DNA of 64,000 bases from Octopus vulgaris (Eukaryota). The translations under genes were made by a program, and so were the position numbers. Shown here one piece after another: positions 12,330-22,759 of this stretch. Location of the stretch: contig OX597825.1 of NCBI GenBank assembly GCA_951406725.2, positions 124,001 to 188,000 on the forward strand. Reading direction: 5' to 3'. A model generated the notes under the pieces. It was not told the origin of the DNA. It made no database searches and saw only the letters and a list, made by a program, of their open reading frames with translations. How positions within the stretch are numbered: position 1 is the stretch's first letter; every line of letters starts with the position of its first letter.

Positions 12330-12527
12330 ATGATCTCAGTTCTGCCGCATGCCTCCTGGCTGTTGGCTTTGTTGCTGCTGGTCTGCACTTTCCTAAGTAC
12401 CATTACTACTCATGTGGTCACAGAGAAAAATACTTGTTTAGATCCAGTGACGAGGAAGGTGAAGAACCTTGAGGATTTAGATCTACAGAAAATAACAATC
12501 TCTATGCCTGGAGCAAGACCGTCTAAG
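12330..12527 (+). CDS. PAM: PAM/PHM coding exon 1 (signal peptide and N-terminus)
   Basis: Translates as MISVLPHASWLLALLLLVCTFLSTITTH...NTCLD...ITISMPGARPSK, a hydrophobic signal peptide followed by the PHM 'MPG.P' motif. Acceptor ttcacAG at 12271-12272; donor AAG|GTGAGT, phase 0. Confidence 0.88.
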
Positions 12528-12607
12528 GTGAGTATGATTTCTCAGCCTGATCTCTTAATTTTCTTGATATCTATTTATTGTCATTATGTTTTAAGGGGAA
12601 CACTGAA

Positions 12608-12690
12608 ACAACAACAGCAACTACTACTACTACTACTACTACTACTGCTACTGCTGCTGCCGCCGCCGCCGCAGCAGCAGCAGCAGCAGA
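12608..12690. repeat. Compound trinucleotide microsatellite (CAA/CTA/CTG/CCG/CAG)
   Basis: Seen directly; intronic, just after the exon 1 donor. Confidence 0.9.
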
Positions 12691-13196
12691 GTAGTGGCCA
12701 CCTGTTCTTTCCAAGATACAAAGATGGTTGGTAGATGGTTCCATTGCATCATGTGAGGACACAGCTCTTCCCATCCTACACTCTATCAATTCTATTCTAC
12801 TTCAAGATTTTGTTAGACCTCACACATTCTTCTTTCTGTACATTAGCAACACTTATAGCAACACAAACTGTTTCCCCTTTATATAACTTCTTTCACTACA
12901 ACTGTAGGCTCTACAGCTCTGAATTTAACTATATATCTCCTCTATCCAGGCCTACTAGACACATCTGTCTTGTTTTCTTTTTATAATCCCTTTTGTTTTT
13001 CACTAAGCAGATTTGTCATCCTGTTACAATTATCTGCTGACATTAACCTACAAATATTCAAACTAAGCACAACAGCATCAGTCTTATTGTTTGTGGGGGC
13101 TTCTTAAGATCATAAGTTCTCCCTTCCTCTGACTAATGTATCCTTCAGAGAAGGAAACAGTAATAGTTCTGCAAATTTCATCTGTTTTATGTGTGT

Positions 13197-14035
13197 CATC
13201 ACCACCATCATTTAACGTCCATTTTCCATGCTAGTATGGGTTGGATGGTTCGACCAGGGTCTGGGAAGCCAAGATGCTGCACCAGGCCCCAGTCTGATCT
13301 GGCAGAGTTTCTGCAGCTGGATGCCCTTCCTAACGCCAACCACTCCGCGAGTGTAGTGGGTGCTTTTTACGTGTCACTGACACAGGGGCCAGTCAAGGCA
13401 GCGCTGGCATCGGCCATGTTCGGATGGTGCTTTTTACGTGCCAGATGAGGCTGGCAAACGGCCATGATCGGTTGGTGCTTTTTACGTGCCACCGGCACGG
13501 AAGCCAGTCATGGTGGCGCTGGCATTGGCCACGTTCGGATGGTGCTTTTTACGTGCCACCGGCACAGGGATCACAGCTACAATTTCCATTAATTTTTGAT
13601 GTTGATGTACTTGACTCAATAGGTCTCCTCAAGCACAGGGTCGAAATGGTGTTTCTTTACTTTCCACCTGCACAGGAGTCAGTCCAGCGGCACTGGCAAT
13701 GGCTGGGTGCCAGTCATAGGATTTGGTTCAATTTTGATTTCACTTGCCCCGACAAGTCTTTGCAAGCAGAGTTTAGTGTCCAATGAAGGGAGGTTGGCAT
13801 GGGTGCCAGTCGTCGGATGTGGTTCGATTTCGAATTCAATTTCGATTTCACTTGCCTCAACAGGACTTTGCAAGCAGAGTTTTGTGTCCAAAGAAGGAAA
13901 GGTATGCATAAGTGGGCTGGCTACATCCCTGGCAAAGGCCACGGGTTATGGACTTGCTTGTCCTGCCGGCTTTTCTCACGCACAGCATATTTCCAAAGGT
14001 CTCAGTCACTAGTCATTGCCTTGGTGAGGCCTAAT
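13197..14035 (-). mobile_element. RTE LINE 3' fragment (composite)
   Basis: Same tail and 3' UTR as other copies, with a partial duplication and the ORF tip. Confidence 0.8.
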
Positions 14036-14398
14036 GTGTGTGTGTGTGTGTAGAATTTTGTTTGAGAAAATTTGTGTGAACAAGTGTGAAATCTGAAATG
14101 AAAACTGAGACAGGCATTACAAAAGAACTGACATGTAATTCATTTTAGCTTAATATTTTGAGTATAAAAAATAACCCATTTTAAGAAGTAGAGAGAAGTG
14201 GGTGATAGTAAATTATGATTAGGTTTATAAATGCTAAATAACAAACCTGGGAGGAGTTGAAAAATGAAATGATATCAAGAAACTAAAGAAGAAGGGAATA
14301 CATCAGGTATACCTCACCATAGAACAGCTGATTGTAGATTTCCTAATATTTTGTACCATAAGGATGAGAGATATGTTATGAAGTATTCCAAATTGGAA

Positions 14399-15058
14399 TC
14401 ATCATCATCGTTTAATGTATGCTTTCCATGCTAGCATGGGTTGGACGATTTTGACTGAGGGCTGGCGTACCAGATGGCTGCACCAGGTTCCAATCTTGAT
14501 CTGGCAGAGTTTCTACAGCTGGATGCCCTTCCTAACGATAACTACTCCGAGAGTGTAGTGGGTGCTTTTTACGTGCCACCAGCACAGGGGCCAGTCAGGT
14601 GGTTCTGGCAATGACCTCGCTCGAATCTTTTTACACATGACACTGGCACAGGTGCCAGTAAGGCCATGTTGGTAACGATCACACTCAAATGGTGCCTTTT
14701 TACGTGCCACTGCATGGGGGGCCAGCCAGGCAGTACTAGCAATGACCACGCTCGAATCTCTTTACACATGCCACCGGCACAGGTGCCAGTAAGGCGATGT
14801 TGGTAACGATCAGGCTTGAATGGTGCCCTTTTACGTGTCACTGGCACGGAGCCAGTCAGCTGCTCTGGCAACAATCACGCTCGGACGGTGCTCTTGGCAC
14901 CCTACTAGCATGGACACAAGTGCCAGTAAGGCCACGCTGGTAACGATCACACTCAAATGGTGCCCTTTTATATGCCACTGGCATGGAAGCCGGTTAGCTG
15001 CTCTGTCAAACGATCACACTCGTATGGTGCTCTTTGCACCCCGCTAGCATGGATGCCA
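14399..15058 (-). mobile_element. RTE LINE 3' UTR with about 8 tandem ~62-bp hairpin monomers
   Basis: Tail followed by repeated GGTGC(C)TTTTACGTGCCACCGGCAC...GCCAG..CTGGCAACGATCAC units. Confidence 0.85.
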
Positions 15059-15169
15059 GAATATTCTTGCAGAAAAGTGTATCAAAAGTGATGCAGATTC
15101 TCTTAAATAAGTAAAATGGATGATGCAAGGAAGTGATATTATGAGAGGTTTGTGAGTGAGGCGTGAGGA

Positions 15170-15600
15170 TGCATTGAAACTCTGATGTCTGGCAACTGAC
15201 TTGGCAGACACCCATAAAATTATTAACCATCTTACAAACAATAACTCTGAGCACCTTTTCAAACTCCACCTGTCTAACACCCGTGTACATGTTTATAAAG
15301 TCAAAAAACAGCACAGCTCCCATGACTTTCGGAAACATTTTTTCACGCTAAGAGTTGCTGAAGCATGGAACAAACTGCCGGCATCAGTTGTTAGTTGTCG
15401 GAGCACTGCATCTTTCAAAACTTCCATGCTTCCTGAGATTCGCCAACACTACACCTGATTTTCTTCCCTCCATACACACAAGCATGTATCTGACTGTTCC
15501 CTTTCCAGACATTTGTACATTACTGCATATACTTTATACGCACTTTCGACAAGTTGTGATGCACCTGAGCACTGCATACAATAATTTCATTATTACATTA
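15170..15600 (+). mobile_element. CR1-clade LINE 3' fragment
   Basis: ...TR(G)H.YKV.K...RKHFFTLRVAEAWNKLP...FK, then a 3' UTR and (ATT)n tail. Confidence 0.85.
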
Positions 15601-15611
15601 TAGGAGGGTTA

Positions 15612-16005
15612 AGGTGTTACCAGAGCAACAAGCCGGCCTTCGTGCTGATGGCACATCAAACACACCATTCAAGCGTGATCGATACAGCGTCGCCTTACTA
15701 AAACTTGTGCTGGTGGCATGTGAAACATTTGAGTGAGGTCGTCGCCAGTGCCACTGGACTGGCTCCTGTGCAGGTGGCACGTAAAAAGCACCATTTGGGC
15801 ATGGCCATTGCCAGTACCACCAAACTGGCCCTCGTGCTGGTGGCACGTAAAAGCACCCATTACACTCTCAGAGTGGGTGACGTTAGGAAGGGCATCCAGC
15901 TGTAGAAACTCTGCCAGATTAGATTGGAGTCTGGTTCGCCAGACCTCAGTCTAATCGTCCAACCCATGCTAGCATGGAAAGTGGACGTTAAATAATGATG
16001 ATGAT
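15612..16005 (+). mobile_element. RTE LINE 3' UTR fragment
   Basis: Hairpin monomers, shared terminus and (GAT)n tail. Confidence 0.8.
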
Positions 16006-16428
16006 TATAGGAGGGGGAACAGAATGAGTGAGACAGTTGGTATTGTCAGAAAAGTTAGGGTTACTAGTGGGATCCCTGATCAATTTAGGATAAAGAACAT
16101 CAACAACCAATCTATACATTAAGGTCAACCCTGAATCAGGAGAGTTGTTATCAAATACATTCCAGCTATGTCCATCCAGCCTTTTTTCTCTTTTATTGCA
16201 GACAGTGTATCTAGAACAATATTATTCAATGTGTCCTTTTTTATTTTAAGTGATAGGGTGTGATTTGAAGATTTGGCTGCTATTTCTAGCTGGTCAAGGG
16301 ACTACATAAGAACCTTTCCAGAGCTCTGTCATCGGAACCAGCCTATTCATTATAGTTCCTGAGGCTACAATGTCAAAGTTTAGGATTGCCTGTGTTTTGG
16401 AATTATACTTTCAGAATTTTATTTTCTA

Positions 16429-17555
16429 CTAGCATTAAAGACCTGGCGTTGCCGGGTCATAGTGCTCGTGCATGTATATATGTGTATATATATGTATACA
16501 TATTACATGTACATCTATATATATATATACATCTACACATAAAATACAAAATACAAAGTTATATCTTGATAGCGCTAGTGACAACAATGCTCAAAATATA
16601 TAACAGACTGGAATTGTTAGCCCGTCTCTTGTAATTTCGATCAATTGTATCTTGTCCTCCCTCTTGTATAGAAGTGTGGCTACAATCCAGCCTACCTCTA
16701 CTTCGGGGATGGGGGGCATTTAAAATTTTTTTCCGGGACGTCCTACGTCCCAGATATAAAGGTAAAAATAAAATATTTCCACTTTGCAAGTTCGAGTCGA
16801 GTACTCCCTTGCACGCTCCGTTGACTCGAACCTTGCTTCAGTTGTGGCAAATTTACCGCCTCTGATTAGATATCTTTCATAGTCACACCAAGACACTTTT
16901 CGAAAGTGCTTTCCTCCATGTGTTCAAATCTTCTTTTTTCTCTACATTGTATACTTTATAGGCAATAGTCTTTTCTTTAATTTAATTTTTTATTATCCAT
17001 CTGGACTATTCCATTTCTGCACGCTAATTTTATTGTTAATTTATTCCCATTCATGTGAAACCACTTATTCAAGTTCAAGTCATTGATGCAATTTTATACC
17101 AATTGCTATTTTTACTTTTGTTATGTTACGATTATATTATACTTTAGTTTGATTTTAATTATTACTTACTACATATAATTCAATTGTTATTATTATTTTT
17201 ATTGTTAAAGTGAAAGTATCTGACATAAAATAGAGAAATGTTTTTGTTTCACTTTTAACACGTAATACTGAAATAGTGGAGAAGATATGATATTGCTATG
17301 GGCTCGCTCTAGGCAAGAAGTTGAACATTTTTTTGCCCATGAAACTACATGGACCCTAAGTAAGGCATGTGTAAAATTTGAATGAAATTGGTTGTGTAGT
17401 TCTGAAGTTTTAGGAAATCGTAGTGGAGAAGATGTGATATTGCTGTGGGCTCGCCCTAGGCAAAAAGTTAAAAAATTGGTTGTGTAGTTCTCAAGTTTTA
17501 GGGAAACACACAGACAGACAGACACACATTCTCAGTTTTATATATATAATAAAGA
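16429..17555 (-). mobile_element. Non-autonomous Helitron
   Basis: The minus strand reads A|TCTTTATT...ACCCGGCAACGCCAGGT(hairpin)...CTAG|T, with no TSD. Confidence 0.7.
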
Positions 17556-17644
17556 TTAATTTTATTGTTTTAAGAATTGTCAATGAATCTGATTTTTTTT
17601 TTTTGGTGGGGAAGCCACTAATGATATTTGCTCTTTTGTTTTAG

Positions 17645-17699
17645 GATGACGAATACTTATGCACCAGTAAAAAACTGTCCAAGGAAACCAATTATATTG
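17645..17699 (+). CDS. PAM: PAM/PHM coding exon 2
   Basis: ttttAG|DDEYLCTSKKLSKETNYI(V)|GTAAAA. Matches the PHM 'D.YFC' region. Phase 0 to phase 1. Confidence 0.88.
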
Positions 17700-18029
17700 G
17701 TAAAATTGTTTTATAATCCACTTTATCTATAGTTGGGATGGGTTTTCACAAAATAGCATTTTGCATGTTGTTGGAACAAATTTGCTTTTGTTTGTAAACT
17801 AGATGCCATTTCCAATGCTGGGTACTTGAACACAAAGTTGAAGTAGTATTTTGTTGCTGTTGCTGTTTAACCTGTATCTGATGTAGGCCTGGCTGAGCAA
17901 ACCTATGATCTAAGACATTCCAGCTCATACCATTCCATCTTTATGTATATTGGGAACAGGGCTAGATAAATACATATAGAGGCCATAAGCACTTAAAAGA
18001 TTTTGGTGCCCCCGCCCTTATATATATAT

Positions 18030-18533
18030 ATAAGTAAATAAATGGAGTTGAATGCAGATGCTATTCAAATTCTTTTACTTTTGACATATGTTTCGAAGAC
18101 AACATTGGTTTTATTCCAAAGGAATAAACGGTGTAAAATGCAATCTTCTCATCAGGAAAGAAAGAGAACCTATCTCAACAAAAAGACATTATAACAATTT
18201 TGATGACTGCATAAATGATAAACAGAACGCTATTAAGTATTAAAAAAAAAACGTTAATAGATTCGACGTCAAAGGCAGGCACTAGGAAGAGAAGAGGTAA
18301 AGAAATAATAAGTAGAGAACAAATAAAGAGGGATATATTGGTTGAAAAAATGTTCAAAGGCTTAGAAATAGATTTCTCTATTGAAGTAAAGTGCAAGTTG
18401 AACTAAATGTTCAAACTATAAAGTCTGGTAAAATCACTTATATGAGCTAAAGGTATGTTTCTGCCAGTGCTTACATTTGTAAGATCGCTCTATAAGTGTG
18501 TTAACTGCATTCAACCCCATTTATTTACTTATA
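18030..18533 (-). mobile_element. Penelope-like terminal-repeat remnant with a degenerate hammerhead motif
   Basis: Minus strand CTGATGA-GAAGA..TCTTC-GAAA-CATATG-TC at 18078-18160. Short inverted ends at 18030-18058 and 18505-18533. Confidence 0.6.
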
Positions 18534-18678
18534 CTACACAAATTACTGCACATTAACCCGGAGTTTCTACCTTTGAATAGGTCGCTACATCCTTGTTACT
18601 TGCGTGAATTTTACTACCCTGGTAACTGTTTATTGAATTTTCCATGTTAACGGTAAACAAAGGATAATTCATTCATCC

Positions 18679-18729
<51 letters not shown>

Positions 18730-18970
18730 TCAAAATATAAACTATAATAAACCATAAAATAAATTTTTATTTTTCAAAATGAAACAAAACTAATGGTAAG
18801 ATGGAAAAATAATGTTTATTTTTGTAAACATTCTCTTTATATTTGAAAAGTTTTCACCTACTTTTCTTAATTGCAGTCTTTGATCAGATTCTCATTTTGA
18901 CACTACGAGCACTTCAAAGTTATATTTTCAATCATATAAACCACTTTGAATATTATTTTAGCAAGTTTAA

Positions 18971-19191
18971 CCCTTTAATGTTCAGATTACTCTGTTAAAT
19001 GTAATGCTTTTTCACTCAAATTGTTTTGAATTAATCATGCATTATCTCATAGCTTTGAGGTTTCAATGATGTGATTGTTTATTTTTAGACTGTCAATGTA
19101 GGTTAGGTGTGAGAGGCTAGATATGGCTAGTTCAAATATAAAACATGTAGAATATATTGTGCCGGATGTGGCCGGTTTAAACACTAAAGGG
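18971..19191. mobile_element. piggyBac-like MITE
   Basis: TTAA|CCCTTTAATGTT ... AACACTAAAGGG|TTAA. Confidence 0.8.
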
Positions 19192-19467
19192 TTAAAGTGA
19201 TTTCGTCTGTGCTGTAAACCATTTAGAATGTCTGTGGTCCCTCCTTCCCTTGAAGCTCTCAGCATGTACTTAGCTGGATTAACCATTAAGCAAACTATTT
19301 CATCTTTGATGTTTTGTTAGCTGAAGGACGGGAGGGCTGAAATGGTGTCTATGTTTACATAAGCATCTAAAACACTTTGTAACAGTATGGTACATGCTAC
19401 TAAGACAATCATTTGCAAGTGATGGCCATGGTTTTTTAAAAATATTAAAAAAAATTTTAGATTAAGG

Positions 19468-19845
19468 TGTAAGTGTAGCTGTGTGGTAAGAAGTTTGCTT
19501 CCCAACCACATGGTTCCAGGTACAGTCCCACTATGTGGCACTATGGGCAAGCTTCTACTATAGCCCCAGGTTGACCTAAGCCTTGAGAGATGGAAACCAA
19601 AAGAAGCCCATTGATATATATTGTGTGTGTGTATCTTTGTATTTGTCCTTCACTACTGCTTGACAACTGGTGCTGGTTTGTTTATGTCCCCATAACTTAG
19701 TGGTTTGACAAAAAAAAAACTGATAGAATAAAAGCAGGTTTAAAAAAGATTAATACTGAGGTTGATTTGTTCAATTAAACCCCTTCAAGGCAGTGTCCTA
19801 GCATGGTTACAGTGCAGTGACTGAAACAAGTAAAAGATAAGAGAT
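19468..19845 (+). mobile_element. SINE family B (diverged full copy)
   Basis: tRNA-like head GTAGCTGTGTGGTAAGAAG...GGTTCCAGGTACAGTCCC, internal (TG)n, and GACTGAAACAAGTAAAAGA end. Confidence 0.75.
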
Positions 19846-20834
19846 AAGGTAAACAGAAAATATGGCTTCATGTTTTTGTTATTTTAAAAAAAAGTATGTA
19901 GTGGCGCTATTTTGGAAGTTTTTAGCGTGCATGCGCAGAGTTGCATTACTTCCGGTAGGCCACCGGAAGTTCCCTCTTGCGTATGCACAGAGAACTGCCA
20001 ACAGAAAGTTTTTCCGCTAGATCGGTCTTTTTGAAGCTGCAGCCCTATCGAGTGGACACAACTCAACCTTCTCTCAAGGAAAACCCAACACATAGAGAAG
20101 CCCCCTTCTACGCGGGAACGGAGACAGCATTTTGGCTCACACAAGTTAACTATTGTGAATAGTTTTATGGCCTTGGCTACTGGTTCGCCCTGAAGAAAAT
20201 ATATGTGTATATATTTTATTTGCGAATCCAGACAAAAATAAAGTATTATTTATTGCTGTTGAAGATAGTCGAAGTTTTGGTTTTCCTTTCGACATAATTG
20301 AATGTAACAGGATAAGACCGACACCCTTCAAGTGTTCCAGAGACCTTCATCCTTGTTACAAGTACTTCGAATTTTTTAGAGGATGGGAAATTGGAAAGTG
20401 TGGTGTTTTGTATGATTTAAATTGAACTGAGACACCCTAGTGGCTTTATAACGCTTGAGTTCAGTTCCACTGCAAATATTTTGTTACTCTTTTACTATCA
20501 TGCAGTGTCATGTTAAGTCAAGTTACTGAGGAACAAACACAATCACATAGATGCACGCACACACACATGTGTGTGTGTCTGTCTGTATTCTTTTACTTGT
20601 TTCAGTCATGCTGGAGCACCGCCTTTAGTCAAATCAACCTCAGGACTTATTCTTAGTAAACCTAATACTTATTCTATCATCTCTTTTGCTGAACCACTGT
20701 TATGAGGATGTAACCACCAACAAGCAATGATGAGGGCAGGAGGAAACAGATACACACACACACACACACACATGTACAACGGGTTTCTTCTGCTTCTTCT
20801 TATTATTATTATATTTCTGAGTTCAAATTTCTCT

Positions 20835-21178
20835 ATCAAATGGAAACTGTAGTTGCGATCCCTGTGCTGGTGGCACGTAAAAAGCACCATCCGGATGTGG
20901 CCGATGCCAGCACCTCCTTGACTGGCCCCTGTGCCGGTGGCACGTAAAAAGCACCAACCGATCTTGGTCATTGCCAGCCTCGCCTGGCACCTGTGCCAGT
21001 GGCACGTAAAAAGCACCCACTACACTCACGGAGTGGTTGGCGTTAGGAAGGGCATCCAGCTGTAGAAACACTTCCAGATCAAGACTGGAGCCTGGTGCAG
21101 CCTCCTGGCTTGCCAGTTTTCAGTCAAACCGTCCAACCCATGCTAGCCTGGTAAGCGAACGTTAAACAATGATGATGA
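20835..21178 (+). mobile_element. RTE LINE 3' UTR fragment
   Basis: Shared terminus and hairpin monomers. Confidence 0.8.
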
Positions 21179-21969
21179 CTTTGCCTTTCATCCATTTACT
21201 GTCAATAAAACAAGTAGTAGGTTGAGCACTGGGATTAATATAATCCTCTCCCCTGAACTTGCTGGCCTTGTACCAAAATTCGAAACCATCATCATCATCA
21301 TTGTTATTATTAAGGTAGTATAGTGGACTACCCAGTTTTTCTTATATTAGATAGTATAGCGAATATTTTCTAGTTAGTTTGTTTACTGTTAATGCAATGC
21401 TACTTATTATGTTTCCTATTTGGAAATAGATAAAATTATTTAGCTCTTAAAGTAAGGATGTATATAATGATAAAACCGTCACTTCTAACTTACTACAGCT
21501 ATATAAACGCCATAGTGAGAAATATACTTTCTGGAACACTAACGAACATTAGCGTGCATGTATGTTAAATATTATTTTGTGTTCTTTTAACCACTATAAA
21601 AAAATACAGTTTAATAATTACAGAAATACATTTTATATATAAGTTGAAGAACGTGAAGAAAGAGAAAACATTTTCTACATTAATTTTTATTATATACATA
21701 TAGCATTTTTACATTATATACATTTTGAAGAAAAGTAAATTTTGTCGTAGAGAATTACGACTATATATTTTAGCTAACTAATTCCTCATTGTAGCTATAT
21801 TAAATCTCAACAGTTCAAACAAGACTTGTTGGATTTTTCTTCGGCATGGCATAAAAAATAACCAATATCTCAAAGGAGTGAGTGTCGTGGAGTTTAGTTA
21901 CATCCAACAAACACTGAAATTTTTCCCAAAATCCAGGGTTTTTATAACTGCTCAACTTGACTTTAAAGT

Positions 21970-22201
21970 ATCAAAATCACATAAAAATATTCTTTAACTA
22001 ACTTTTAGAATTCCTATATGAGCAGTAATATTAACCAATGGGAAAATCGACAATCATATTTCTTCGGCAATACGACATTACGTCAAGAATCAAAATCACA
22101 AAAATATTCTTTAACTAACTTTTAGAATTCCTATATGAGCAGTTATATTAACCAATGGAAAATCGACAATCATATTTCTTTGGCAATACGACATTACGTC
22201 A
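21970..22201. repeat. Local ~115-bp direct tandem duplication
   Basis: 21970-22085 and 22089-22201 are near-identical (ATCAAAATCAC...CGACATTACGTCA). Confidence 0.9.
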
Positions 22202-22759
22202 TATTGCCAGCTACCACAAATTGGCACTATTATTTAAAAATGGCTACACGCTACAGTAGCGAGGTAGCAGAAACATTAGCCCATTGGGCAAACTGTTTGG
22301 TGGCCTTTCACCTATCTTTATGTTCAGTGTCCAAGTTCTGCCAAGGTTGACTTTGCTATTCATCCTTTTGCGGGGGTCAATAAATTAAGTACTAGTGAAA
22401 CACTGGGTTTGATGTAATCAACTGGTCCTTTCCCCCAAAATTTCAGATTTTGTGCCTTTAGAAAGGATTATTATTATTATACTTCTGAGTTCAAATTCCA
22501 CTGGGGTCAACTTTGTCTTTCATCCTTTTAGGGTTGATAAAATAAGTGCTCGCTGAATACTGGGGTCAATCTAATTGAATTAGATTCCCTGAATGTGTAA
22601 AAAGATTCAAGCGAGGTCATTGCCAGTACTGCCTCACCAGGCCCCTGTGCCGGTGGCATGTAAAAAGCACCCACTACACTCTCGGAGTGGTTGGCGTTAG
22701 GAAGGGCATCCAGCTGTAGAAACTCTGCCAGATCAAGATTGGAGCCTTGTGCAGCCATC

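Noticed and set aside
12528-12734. Poly-Q/poly-L/poly-P extension of the 134-aa ORF
   Set aside because: It lies after the AAG|GTGAGT donor and is an intronic microsatellite. PHM homology resumes at 17645.
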